Below, one piece after another: positions 28,631 through 38,297 of a stretch of DNA of 64,000 nucleotides. How positions within the stretch are numbered: the stretch's first letter is position 1; every line of letters begins with the position of its first letter. Where the stretch lies: assembly GCA_965602905.1 (NCBI GenBank), contig CBFCZY010000006.1, positions 103,125 to 167,124 on the forward strand, given 5' to 3'. Made by a program: the position numbers and the translations under genes. The notes beneath the pieces were generated by a model. It saw only the letters and a program-made list of their open reading frames with translations, had not been told where the DNA came from and made no database searches. Source of the stretch: an uncultured bacterium (lineage in GTDB: Bacteria > SAR324 > XYD2-FULL-50-16).

Positions 28631-31600
28631 GTTTTTTAGTCGGGTGCTTTTGCTTTAGGGGTAATGTTACACTAAAGGAGGTGCCTATGCCAAGGGTACT
28701 ATTCACTGTGATCTCACCTTCATGGTCTTTAACTATATTATAAGAAACAGAAAGACCTAGGCCTGTGCCTTTCCCAACTTCCTTGGTGGTAAAAAAGGGC
28801 TCAAATAGCTTGGGGATTGAAGTAGGTGCAATGCCTACCCCAGTATCTTGGATCTCTATATGGACCTTTCCGTTTTTGAACTGGGTTCTGATCGTTATCG
28901 TTCCTTTGTCTTTTATGGCTTGGGCCGCATTAATGACTAAATTAAGGAAAACTTGGTTGATTTGTTGGGGGTAACATTCCACTAAGGGTAAGTCTCCATA
29001 GTCTTCAATAATTTCACAACGGTATTTTAACTCGTTCCAGGCAATTTTTAAGGTTTGTTTTAAGGCCTTGTTAATGTCAATATGACCCAATTTTTTCATG
29101 TCAGAATGGCTAAAATCCCGTAAGTTTTTCACGATGGATTTCACCCGCCCAATGCCCTCGTTTACTTCGGCCAAAAGATCGGGGTAGTCCTCTAAAAGGA
29201 GGTCTATTTTTTTCTCTTTTTTGATTTTTTTCAATCGAGTCATCGCCTCGAACAATGGACCTTCACTGGGAAGCAGACCTTCTAGCTCAGAGTAACTTTG
29301 CAAGGTCTGAGAAAGATCTTTCATATAAAGCTCTAAGGTTTGCAAATTAGACGAGATATAGCCTATGGGATTGTTGATTTCATGGGCTACACCTCCAGCC
29401 AAGGTGCCTAAAGATTCCATCTTTTGTGATTGGATTAAATTGGCTTGGGCTTTGCGTTTTTCTGTGGTTTCTATGCCAATAAAGGTTAGGGTTTCAATCT
29501 TAAATTGATCGTTAAACTGTGGGGAAATAGTAAAGTCGAAATAGCGAAAGCTTGCTTCTTCCGTATCCACAGACCACTCACCTCGCCAAGGCTCATGGGC
29601 TTCAATTGAGTTGAAAATACTAATGAGTAAAGGGTCATCATAGGTGCAGGTTTTCTCCAGCAGGCAAGTCTCTTCAAAAAGAAGAGAAGGAAAGACCTTT
29701 GGGAAATCTTTAAAGGCGGGATTACAAAAAAGCAGATCCCCTTCAAGGTTGGTAATGAAAATAATATCTTCTATTTGATCAATGGCATTGGTTAGGCGAA
29801 GGGTTTCTGACTCTGACTCTTTTCTAAGAGTGATATCCCTCATGATTCCACTAAAATAAACCTCTCCTCTCATTTCCCATTGGCTCAAAGAAAGCTCTAT
29901 GGGGATTTCCCTATTGTCTTTGGTTAATCCAACCAGCTCCAATGGTTTGCCAGTCAGCTTACTTTTGCCGCCTTTAACCACCCTACTAACACCCTTAGAA
30001 TGGCCTTCCTTAAACTTTTCAGGCATAATGCGGGCTAAGGGCTGGCTAACCATTTCAGCGGCTGAATAGCCAAAAATTTGGGTAGCGCCATCGTTCCAAA
30101 AGATTACATCACTCTTTTTATCAATGGTTACGATGGCATCTTGACTGGATGTTATCAGTGTCCTTAATTGCTCTTCTGAGTAAGCCAGATCTTCTTTTAT
30201 TTTCCGTTGCTCTGTAATATCACTGATGATAGAGATAAAAAAATCAGGCTCTCCATTGGCTTTTTTAAGCAGGGAAACGGTCAAGCTAATCCAGACAATA
30301 TTTCCATTTTTATGGAAATAGCGTTTCTCCATGGTATAGTGCTGTCTTTCTCCAGCCAACATCTGCCTAACAAATTCTAGGTCTTTATCCAAATCATCAG
30401 GGTGGGTGATTTCTTGGAAGGTTTTTAGGCCCATCTCTTCTTTACTATATCCAATGATCTCGCCCCAACGTGGGTTTGTCTCTAAAAACCTTCCATCTGT
30501 AGCCACCATAGCAATTCCAATAGGAGCCAAATCAAAGGTTGCGCTATATTGCATAGTCGCTTGTTGCTGCATCTCATTTGATAGATCTAGAGCTTTTTTT
30601 ACTTTCTCTCGCTCTGTAATATCTAACCCACTACTAAAGATGCCAATGACCTCGCCTTTATCGTCTTTTACCGCAGAATTATGCCACTCAATCAGTCGCA
30701 ATTTACCTGATTTTGTTTTAATCTCATTTTCAAAATATTCTACAGGTTCAACTTCACCTGTCATCAATTGCTGATAGACCTGTTTTACTTGGGCAATATC
30801 TTCCGTGACCAAAAAGTGATCAAACCAATTTTTACCTAAAATTTCTTCCTCAGAGTAGCCTAAAAGGTCGCATCCCTTTTTATTAATTAAGGTTACTCGT
30901 TCAGAAGCATCTAATGCGAACATTAAAACGCTGGCAACATCAAGGTAAGATTGGGCCTGTTGTTCCTTTTGATGTAGCTCTTTTTCTGCCTCTATGCGGT
31001 CACGCAAGTCACGACCGACAGAAAGCAGATATAAGCCATCACCTGTTTCATTGGGGATTAAAGTAGATCTGTACTCAGTAGGAATTTTATCCCCAGATTT
31101 GGTAATCAGACCCATTTCAATCCGAGCAATTTCATCCTTTTGGAGATTGAGATTCACTTGCGTTGCCTTTAGAATATCAGCAGGCTCGTACCAATCATCA
31201 GGGGCTTTTTTCAAAGCTATTTCTTCATCAGAGTATCCAGTGATCCTATTTACCGCCGAATTCCAACGGACGGCCCTTCCACTACTTGGGTCCAACATAA
31301 AAATAGTGTCATCAACCCCTTCAAGAATGCTTTCAGTAAAACGTTTTTCTAAAATCAGTTGTTCTAATGATCTTTGTTGTTCTGTAATATCGTGGATAAT
31401 GGAGTAAAGCAGGTGGCGGCCGTTTAGAACAATCGGGCCTGAATAAACTGCGACATCTCTCAGTTCCCCGTTGGCTAATTTATGAACAAAATTGCAGCTT
31501 TTTGTCTTTTCCGACTCTGCTGGCTGCATCTGAGAGAAAACTTTCTCAGGCTCCAACTGGTTTATCTCCTGAATATTCATGGAAGTGAGTTCTTCTTTAG

Positions 31601-33458
31601 AGTAGCCATAAAACTTAGAAGCTGCGCCATTTGCATTTTGAATTTTACCGTCTTCAGGGTCGATCACTAACTTTACCGCCGTATTGGTTTCAAAAAATTG
31701 ATGGTAGAGATCTTTTAAGTCTTCTGCTTGCTTTTGTGACTGCCGGGCTTGCTCTGTGGCCTCGAGTAAACTTTCTTGGTATTGAATTTGGTCAGACACA
31801 TCATTCATAATCCAAACGGAGCCTCGGGTTAAATTTTTCGGGTCAATGGCCTTTCCTGTCAGATTCCCCCAGAATGAACTTCCGTTTCTCCGCTTCAATC
31901 TTAAGGTTTCAGAGAATACCTCACCTGATATAAGTTTGGGGTAGGCTTCTTTGCCAACCCGATCGAAGTCTCCTTTTATTGCATAGAGGGGTTCCGTATC
32001 CATCAATTTTAATTCTTTTTCACTATAACCAAAGATTTTTGAAAGCTTTTCGTTAAATTTGTAAAACTTTCGGTCTCTTATAAAAGCAATGCCTATGGTG
32101 GCATTGTCAAAAATCAATTGTTGGTGCATTAGAGCATCTTCAAGCATGGCGCTTTTTTCTCTGATGTCCCCCATCATCTCTTCTAAGGTCAGATTTGCAT
32201 CTTGGAGTTCCTTAGTACGGATATTTACTTCAAAATTAAGTTGTTCTTGGGAGATTTCTATCTTGTCTATCATTTGGTTGATGGTATCGCCTAAATAGGC
32301 AAGTTCATCCTTGCCTTTGACATCGGCTCTAGCGGTCAAATCTCCATCTTTAACTTTACCTGCCGCGACAGATAGATTCACCAAGGGGGTCATAATCGAA
32401 TTTGTAATGATTCTGGCGAACAAACCTGAAAATAAAATCCCGATCAAACCTATTAAAATGGAATAGTTTGTCGCATTGGCTATGGGTTGCATAACTTCAG
32501 CAACATCTTTTTTAACCACCATCCCCCAATGGTTTTCTGAGTTGACTCTGAGATGCCTAAAGGCTGCAATAACTTTTTCGCCTCTATAATCTAAGCTCTG
32601 AATGATTCCTTCACCCCCTTGGGCCGCGAGAGTTGCTGGTTCTGCTGTGATTTTAAACTTTAGGATCTCTGGGATTGAGCCATCTGGCAGAGGGTACTTT
32701 AAGCCATTAAGAATTTCACTTTTGGAATTTACCAAGAGGGTTTCCCCTGTTGTACCTAGCCCCAAATTAGTGTGTAAAAGGGGTGATAAAAAGGATTCTG
32801 GCTCAACTATAATGAACACCCAATAGGGCAGTTCGGCATTGTTTATTTCAATAGGCCGTCCTATTAAAATTTTAAAATGGCTCTTTTGCTTTGGATCTTC
32901 AATAAAGGTAAATATATTGTGAGCCCCTTGGCTAAAGTAGCGATCTAGATAAGTTAACGTCCTATTCTCCTGGGTAGGCTCGGTAGAAAATAAAACTTTA
33001 TTAGCTGTTTTCGAGTAGATAAAGACTTCCAAAAATTCAAAATGGCTCGCCTGGATTTTTTTTAATGAAGCTCCTATCAAGTGATCGAAAGAATCTGGGT
33101 TTTTAGGCTTGTTCAATTTTTGATTTTCAAGGAGCTGAACTTGTTTCTCAATAAAATCACCGAGGATTGGGTTTGTGGAGTAAGATAGTAAGTCTGACTT
33201 TTTTTCCCTTACCCATTCATTTAATTGTGCCTTTTTGAGGTCGGCAACATCATTTAAGCTAATTAGTGCATGATCAAACATGCGATCTCGATAGCCTTTA
33301 ATATCTAAGAATGGAATTCCAAAATTAATGGCTATAATTCCAAATGCTACAATGAACATAAATAGACTTGAAAAAGAACTCCAAATTCTAAAGCGCATAC
33401 TATGGAGCAAGTGGAATTCTACTTTTTGATCCCTATTTAAATTTGGAGAAGAACTCAT
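28620..33458 (-). CDS. Giant (1612 aa) sensor histidine kinase with a Cache-like periplasmic domain, a HAMP domain, multiple PAS/PAC domains, HisKA and HATPase_c.
   Basis: TM helix, a periplasmic domain of about 300 aa, a second TM helix, HAMP (LSVAAGKVKDGDLTAR...GDTINQMIDK), and about 8 PAS-like repeats (e.g. DITEQ, DITER, DITLR boundaries). The H-box is GVAHEINNPIGYISSNLQ, the N-box LVINAAQAI, and the G-boxes DTGVGI and GTGLGLSVS. Confidence 0.9.
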   Translation of the reverse strand: MSSSPNLNRDQKVEFHLLHSMRFRIWSSFSSLFMFIVAFGIIAINFGIPFLDIKGYRDRMFDHALISLNDVADLKKAQLNEWVREKKSDLLSYSTNPILGDFIEKQVQLLENQKLNKPKNPDSFDHLIGASLKKIQASHFEFLEVFIYSKTANKVLFSTEPTQENRTLTYLDRYFSQGAHNIFTFIEDPKQKSHFKILIGRPIEINNAELPYWVFIIVEPESFLSPLLHTNLGLGTTGETLLVNSKSEILNGLKYPLPDGSIPEILKFKITAEPATLAAQGGEGIIQSLDYRGEKVIAAFRHLRVNSENHWGMVVKKDVAEVMQPIANATNYSILIGLIGILFSGLFARIITNSIMTPLVNLSVAAGKVKDGDLTARADVKGKDELAYLGDTINQMIDKIEISQEQLNFEVNIRTKELQDANLTLEEMMGDIREKSAMLEDALMHQQLIFDNATIGIAFIRDRKFYKFNEKLSKIFGYSEKELKLMDTEPLYAIKGDFDRVGKEAYPKLISGEVFSETLRLKRRNGSSFWGNLTGKAIDPKNLTRGSVWIMNDVSDQIQYQESLLEATEQARQSQKQAEDLKDLYHQFFETNTAVKLVIDPEDGKIQNANGAASKFYGYSKEELTSMNIQEINQLEPEKVFSQMQPAESEKTKSCNFVHKLANGELRDVAVYSGPIVLNGRHLLYSIIHDITEQQRSLEQLILEKRFTESILEGVDDTIFMLDPSSGRAVRWNSAVNRITGYSDEEIALKKAPDDWYEPADILKATQVNLNLQKDEIARIEMGLITKSGDKIPTEYRSTLIPNETGDGLYLLSVGRDLRDRIEAEKELHQKEQQAQSYLDVASVLMFALDASERVTLINKKGCDLLGYSEEEILGKNWFDHFLVTEDIAQVKQVYQQLMTGEVEPVEYFENEIKTKSGKLRLIEWHNSAVKDDKGEVIGIFSSGLDITEREKVKKALDLSNEMQQQATMQYSATFDLAPIGIAMVATDGRFLETNPRWGEIIGYSKEEMGLKTFQEITHPDDLDKDLEFVRQMLAGERQHYTMEKRYFHKNGNIVWISLTVSLLKKANGEPDFFISIISDITEQRKIKEDLAYSEEQLRTLITSSQDAIVTIDKKSDVIFWNDGATQIFGYSAAEMVSQPLARIMPEKFKEGHSKGVSRVVKGGKSKLTGKPLELVGLTKDNREIPIELSLSQWEMRGEVYFSGIMRDITLRKESESETLRLTNAIDQIEDIIFITNLEGDLLFCNPAFKDFPKVFPSLLFEETCLLEKTCTYDDPLLISIFNSIEAHEPWRGEWSVDTEEASFRYFDFTISPQFNDQFKIETLTFIGIETTEKRKAQANLIQSQKMESLGTLAGGVAHEINNPIGYISSNLQTLELYMKDLSQTLQSYSELEGLLPSEGPLFEAMTRLKKIKKEKKIDLLLEDYPDLLAEVNEGIGRVKSIVKNLRDFSHSDMKKLGHIDINKALKQTLKIAWNELKYRCEIIEDYGDLPLVECYPQQINQVFLNLVINAAQAIKDKGTITIRTQFKNGKVHIEIQDTGVGIAPTSIPKLFEPFFTTKEVGKGTGLGLSVSYNIVKDHEGEITVNSTLGIGTSFSVTLPLKQKHPTKKLGA

Positions 33459-34513
33459 TTTGCTTCTCCTCTAATGGAATAGGAATCAGCATTGGGCCTT
33501 TTCTTTAGGGTAGGTAATTGAGGAATATAATCAACCTTAAAGGACTTTTTGGTTTCCTCCCAAGTTGAACCCTCTTCCAGCAATTTATGCTTTAATAAAA
33601 GTGAAAACTCTTTTTGGAGGTGGCTCGGCTCTTCTATCAAGAACTGAGAGAGTCTACCATCATTAGGGTCGGTAAAGAGGTCTTGGTCGCTAAGTTTTGC
33701 TACTTGCTTTGCTTTTAAATAGAATTGGGGTGCACCTTCTACTTTCTGCGCATCAGCAATGGCCCATCTAGATGCTTGCAACAAGTTTTTATAATCACCA
33801 TCTACCCAGCGAATGGCCCTGACCATGGATAAAATAAGTTCTTCCGTAAAGGCTGGGTTGAGGTCAACAAATTCTTGGGAAAGGTAAAAATAACCTGTGC
33901 TCAGATGACGGTAGACAGAAAATGTTGATTTTTGTTGAACTTGAATGTGAGAAAGGATCGGCTCCCATGCGGAAAATCCAGAAATTTTATCTTCTAGATA
34001 GTGGCTTTTTATTTCAGACAGTTTAAGAGGTACTAGCTGCACCTGAGACTGACTTAAGCCAGCAGAATCAACTGCTAGCAGCGCAGTGTAGTGAGCGTTA
34101 GATCCAAATACTACACCGATCTTTTTGTTTTTTATCCCCTTTAAAAACATAGGTTTATTCATGACCAAAGAGGTAAAACCCTGTTGCAGCATAATGGGAA
34201 CGAAAATTTTGGATTGGGAGGCTGCACGTAAAAGAGGCATATCACCAACACCACCACCGACGATTCTAGACTTATAAAATGCCTGGTTCACCTCTTCCCC
34301 ACTTTGATAGGGAACCCACTGGAGTTTGATATTGGATTTACTTAGGGCTTTCGCAAATACAAGATCTCGCTTTACAACAGAGATGATTAGGTTTGCAGGA
34401 AGGTAAAAGGGTTGCTCTCCGAGCAGGATGGTTGGGCTGGAGCCTGACGTTACAGGAGTGTTGGCCACAAAAAAGAAAAATAAGAATAGGGTAATTTTCG
34501 ATTTTAGGTACAC
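33455..34513 (-). CDS. Periplasmic NMT1/SsuA-like binding protein, a paralogue of the 21154-22149 gene. It lies directly upstream of the giant kinase and overlaps it by 4 nt.
   Basis: Signal peptide, then ...KLQWVPYQSGEEVNQAFYKSRIVGGGVGDMPLL...KKIGVVFGSNAHYTALLAVDSAGL..., which has a binding-protein fold pattern. There are no transporter genes nearby. Confidence 0.6.
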   Translation of the reverse strand: MYLKSKITLFLFFFFVANTPVTSGSSPTILLGEQPFYLPANLIISVVKRDLVFAKALSKSNIKLQWVPYQSGEEVNQAFYKSRIVGGGVGDMPLLRAASQSKIFVPIMLQQGFTSLVMNKPMFLKGIKNKKIGVVFGSNAHYTALLAVDSAGLSQSQVQLVPLKLSEIKSHYLEDKISGFSAWEPILSHIQVQQKSTFSVYRHLSTGYFYLSQEFVDLNPAFTEELILSMVRAIRWVDGDYKNLLQASRWAIADAQKVEGAPQFYLKAKQVAKLSDQDLFTDPNDGRLSQFLIEEPSHLQKEFSLLLKHKLLEEGSTWEETKKSFKVDYIPQLPTLKKRPNADSYSIRGEAK

Positions 34514-34737
34514 TCTTAACTCCCTTTAAGAACTTATTCTAGGCTAGGGTCTTTTTAAGTGTCTTATTATAACTTATTCAGGGCATTTGTAGAGTGTTTT
34601 TTTAGTTTTTGTCCCTATTTATTTAAATGTCTGTTTTTATTAGAAATCAATTCAAGTTTAAACCCAATACAACTTGCACATGCCCTCGAGTAGGAACAAA
34701 TAAACCTTCTTACTTATTATCCAACTAGGAAATAAAA

Positions 34738-34848
34738 GGGCCCTGAGCAGGTTGTCTCAACCCTAAAATCTGGCGTTTCTAACTTTATTATTAAGCCATT
34801 TGACCCCATTGATCTCTCTTCAAAAATAGAACGCCTGACTTTTGAGTA
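34738..34848 (+). pseudogene. Remnant of a CheY-like receiver gene. Only about 37 C-terminal codons remain.
   Basis: After an in-frame TAA, the sequence translates to KGPEQVVSTLKSGVSNFIIKPFDPIDLSSKIERLTFE*, which is the canonical receiver alpha4-beta5-alpha5 end. No upstream ORF exists in the 34514-35200 gap. Confidence 0.4.
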
Positions 34849-35201
34849 AGCTTTTTTTAGCCCCGTAAACTCAAAACAGCTAAAGACCTCATTTGCTTTG
34901 GCAACCCTCACCTTAAAAGTCCTGTAAGGTTTTGCTGTCTAGTTTTATCCCTGCCCAGCTTCGTGACACAAAAAACTATGCCTTACTATCTATTGCGGAG
35001 GTTCTCCATATTAGAACCTAGGGCGAAATTGACGGTAGTAATTTGAGTAAGTGGGTGTAAATAACTGGAGTAAATTGAGCAGAGCACTCAGAAGAAGTAT
35101 GGGGGAACCTAAATCGCCCCACAGGTATTTTTGCGGGGCAAACTATCAAAAAAGACCAGTACCTTCTGAGGTGCAACCTCTAGGTACAAGTACTTCTTAA
35201 A

Positions 35202-35687
35202 TTATTGAGCAACTTTGGCAACACCAATTTGGCTCAAGAAACCGTAACTATCGATTATTTTCCAACGATCAACTACTTGACCATCTTTGAGGCGGTAAAT
35301 GGCATAAGCGTTCCAAGTCAACTCTTTACCTGTGCCAACAGCACCTAAGACAGTACCTACATGCTTAGCTTTTACTGTCATACGAACGGAGACTTTATCC
35401 TCTTCGGCCACCATATCTTCGATTTTAACTTGTATCCCTGGAAAGAGATTTCTGTGGGAATTGGTCAACATTCCAATGAATCCAGCTTTGTTTCCTGGAA
35501 CACCTGGTAGAGGATTGTGATCCACAAAGTCTTCATGCAGGACTTCTTTTAAATGTCCAAGATTTGACTGGTTCAATTCAGTCACCCACTTTTGAATTAC
35601 TTCTTTATTATCAGTAGTGGAATTTTGACATCCAGAAAGGAGCAAAAAAATTGAGAGGGCGGCAACAGCGAGCTTAAGTTTATTCAT
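35202..35687 (-). CDS. Lipoprotein with a SnoaL-like/ester-cyclase (NTF2-like) fold.
   Basis: Lipobox LLSGC, then ...EVIQKWVTELNQSNLGHLKEVLHEDFVDHNP...RWKIID. The NTF2-like assignment is a pattern inference. Confidence 0.45.
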   Translation of the reverse strand: MNKLKLAVAALSIFLLLSGCQNSTTDNKEVIQKWVTELNQSNLGHLKEVLHEDFVDHNPLPGVPGNKAGFIGMLTNSHRNLFPGIQVKIEDMVAEEDKVSVRMTVKAKHVGTVLGAVGTGKELTWNAYAIYRLKDGQVVDRWKIIDSYGFLSQIGVAKVAQ

Positions 35688-36177
35688 AAAAATCTCATGT
35701 TTGTGTGTACGGAAAATATGCTTATTCAGATATTAGTGCATAGGTAAGCATATAACAAGTAAAGGATTGTTTTTTTGAAGAAATCAACTTCACGAACATG
35801 TAAAAAGAATTACAAAATCTAGTAAACTTTTAAAGAAAGTCAAAATAAAAAGGGTCAAAAAACAACTGTTTTGGCGAGCCTGTGAGTAAATGGTCTTTTG
35901 TACAAGTTCCCTAGTCACACCTATACTATCAATCCTAGGAGAGTCAAAAAGCTATTACTTTATTAAAATAAACCGTGAGATTTCTTAATAGGCTCCCTAA
36001 AAGATTGTAAATATTTCTTTTAAAAGAGCCGTAAATATGCATAAAATCCTATAAGGATCGAAAATCACTTAAAAGATCTTTATGTTTGATGGGCTGACAG
36101 CCTGCAACCCTTCACTACTGTATATTCTGAGATGACCATCAAGTTATTTTCTGCTCTCTAATTGAAGTATTGGTGTT

Positions 36178-38151
36178 TTGATGAAGTATCTATTCTATTT
36201 CTCAATGTTAAGTATATTCTTGTTTCCATCCTTTGGGGAAGCTGCGCCTATTGATATATCAAACAGCTTCACTCCTGTCACAAAACACATTGAATATTGG
36301 GTTGAAGAAAATGGCCCTGTCGATTTTGATCAGGCAAAAAAACAGGCTTTTGTTCCCGTAGAATTAGGAAAGAAGGTAGACTCTTTGAGCTTTGGCTTTG
36401 GGTCTAAACCCGTATGGGTGACGCTTTCGGTTCAAGCTGGCAAAGACGGGGTTTGGGTCTTAGATCAATCCCATTGGCATATTCATCAGATGGATCTTTA
36501 CCTAGTCAAGAAAGAGCAAACTCAACATTTTAATACAGGGAGTTTACGCCCATTTTCCAAACGCCTCCACCCCAGTCTAGGGCTTTCCATACCTTTAGAT
36601 TTTAAGGCTGGAATCCCTCAAACCCTATATGTTCGATTTGAAACCTGGCAAATGCTAGAAATCAATTTAAACTTTTGGGATGATCATAGTTTTCATTACG
36701 AAGAACAACGCTTGGTAGGTTTGTTTAGCTGGATTCTCGGGGTCTTAGGGATTCTTTTGCTTATCGCTTTGTATATGTCTTTTGTTTTAAAGGAGAAAGT
36801 CTACTATCTCTATGCCGCTTATGTGATGGCAATGGCAGGGGTGATTGCGGCAAACAATGGGACTGGAGCTTTATTTTTATGGCCCGATTTCCCCCTATTC
36901 GGGGCCATTTCTACACCCTTTTTTGCCTTATTTAGTTTTTACTGGATGGTTTCTTTTTTTATCGCCTTCTTAGATTTAAAACAGATGCATCCTTTGTCAT
37001 TCTATCTATTGAGGGGGATGCAAGTTGCTGTTATCTTGGTGGGGCTTTTTTCCCTTGTCATAGGCTATGGCAAAACCATGGCATTATTGATTTTGATCAG
37101 TCTTTCCGGGCAAGTTTACCTCATCGCAGTTACCATCTATGGAACCAGAAAAGGCAACCGTAGGGCAAAATTACTCCTTTATTCTTGGCTCCCTATGGTT
37201 GTGGGGTTAGTTTTTCATGCAGGTCGTTTGATTTTTCCATGGTTATATCAATTGCCCACATTCATCCTCTTTCAAATTGCTACAGTCTTCCAGGCCATCA
37301 TTTTTGCCTTTACCTTAGCCAGTCAAATTTTAGAGTTAAAACAAGATCTGGTTCGTCAGTCTGAAGAGCATATTGGCCATTTAGATGCAAAGGTCCAAGC
37401 TCGAACCTCTGAGTTATTTTCAGCAAACAAAAGCTTAAATAAGTTGATTCAAGATAAAAATAATCTTCTTGGTATTGTAGCTCATGACTTAAAAAACCCA
37501 GTAGGAAACATTTTAAACCTCCAAGAATTAATCGGCCTGAAACTGAAAGAGGGCGATGAAAAAGAAGCTTTGGAATTGAATTCTTTAATTCAAATTTCAG
37601 CCTCTAATATGATGGGTTTGATCAATGAAATTTTGGATTTTTCGGTTTTGGAGATGGTACAAGAGGAAGATAATCAACAACAGGTTGATTTTTTACAGTT
37701 AGTTCTCGCAGAAGTTGAGAGTTTTGATCCAATGACAAAAAAGAAAAATTTGGTTGTGGATACAACAGGGTTATCAAAGACCTTAAACCAGATGGTACCA
37801 AATTTGACCATGAAACACATTGTCGGAAACCTAATTAGCAATGCTATCAAATACTCCCCACTAGGTGGAGCAATCTCTTTGGGTTTGGACCCATCGGGTC
37901 AATCATTTTGGGTTCAAGACCAAGGGGCAGGTATTCCCTTAGAGGAACAAAAAAATCTATTTAAAAAATATAGCCGAACCAGTGTTACCCCAACAGCGGG
38001 AGAATCTGCTACAGGATTAGGTCTTTTTATTGCCAAGCAATTGTCTGATTCCATTCATTGCACTCTTGGGGTAAAATCAGAAGTGGGGAAGGGTTCCAAG
38101 TTTTGGCTCAAATTTCCAAGTGAGGACGAGCAACCATTAAAATCCACTTAA
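36178..38151 (+). CDS. 7TM-receptor histidine kinase (7TMR-DISMED2 extracellular domain, 7TMR-DISM 7-TM domain, HisKA, HATPase_c).
   Basis: Signal peptide, an extracellular domain of about 170 aa, seven TM helices, then the H-box VAHDLKNPVGNIL, the N-box LISNAIKYS, and the G-boxes DQGAGI and GLGLFIA. Confidence 0.8.
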   Translation: MMKYLFYFSMLSIFLFPSFGEAAPIDISNSFTPVTKHIEYWVEENGPVDFDQAKKQAFVPVELGKKVDSLSFGFGSKPVWVTLSVQAGKDGVWVLDQSHWHIHQMDLYLVKKEQTQHFNTGSLRPFSKRLHPSLGLSIPLDFKAGIPQTLYVRFETWQMLEINLNFWDDHSFHYEEQRLVGLFSWILGVLGILLLIALYMSFVLKEKVYYLYAAYVMAMAGVIAANNGTGALFLWPDFPLFGAISTPFFALFSFYWMVSFFIAFLDLKQMHPLSFYLLRGMQVAVILVGLFSLVIGYGKTMALLILISLSGQVYLIAVTIYGTRKGNRRAKLLLYSWLPMVVGLVFHAGRLIFPWLYQLPTFILFQIATVFQAIIFAFTLASQILELKQDLVRQSEEHIGHLDAKVQARTSELFSANKSLNKLIQDKNNLLGIVAHDLKNPVGNILNLQELIGLKLKEGDEKEALELNSLIQISASNMMGLINEILDFSVLEMVQEEDNQQQVDFLQLVLAEVESFDPMTKKKNLVVDTTGLSKTLNQMVPNLTMKHIVGNLISNAIKYSPLGGAISLGLDPSGQSFWVQDQGAGIPLEEQKNLFKKYSRTSVTPTAGESATGLGLFIAKQLSDSIHCTLGVKSEVGKGSKFWLKFPSEDEQPLKST

Positions 38152-38297
38152 GCCTTATCCAAAAGGTGCCAATCAAAACACCCACGTTAACTAAAATGAC
38201 AGATGGAGTTATTCCAAAATTTGCATATTTTCCTACCATAGATTAAAATTGAAATAACTCTGACTTCTTAAGTAACAATTTTGTCTGGAAACTCCAT

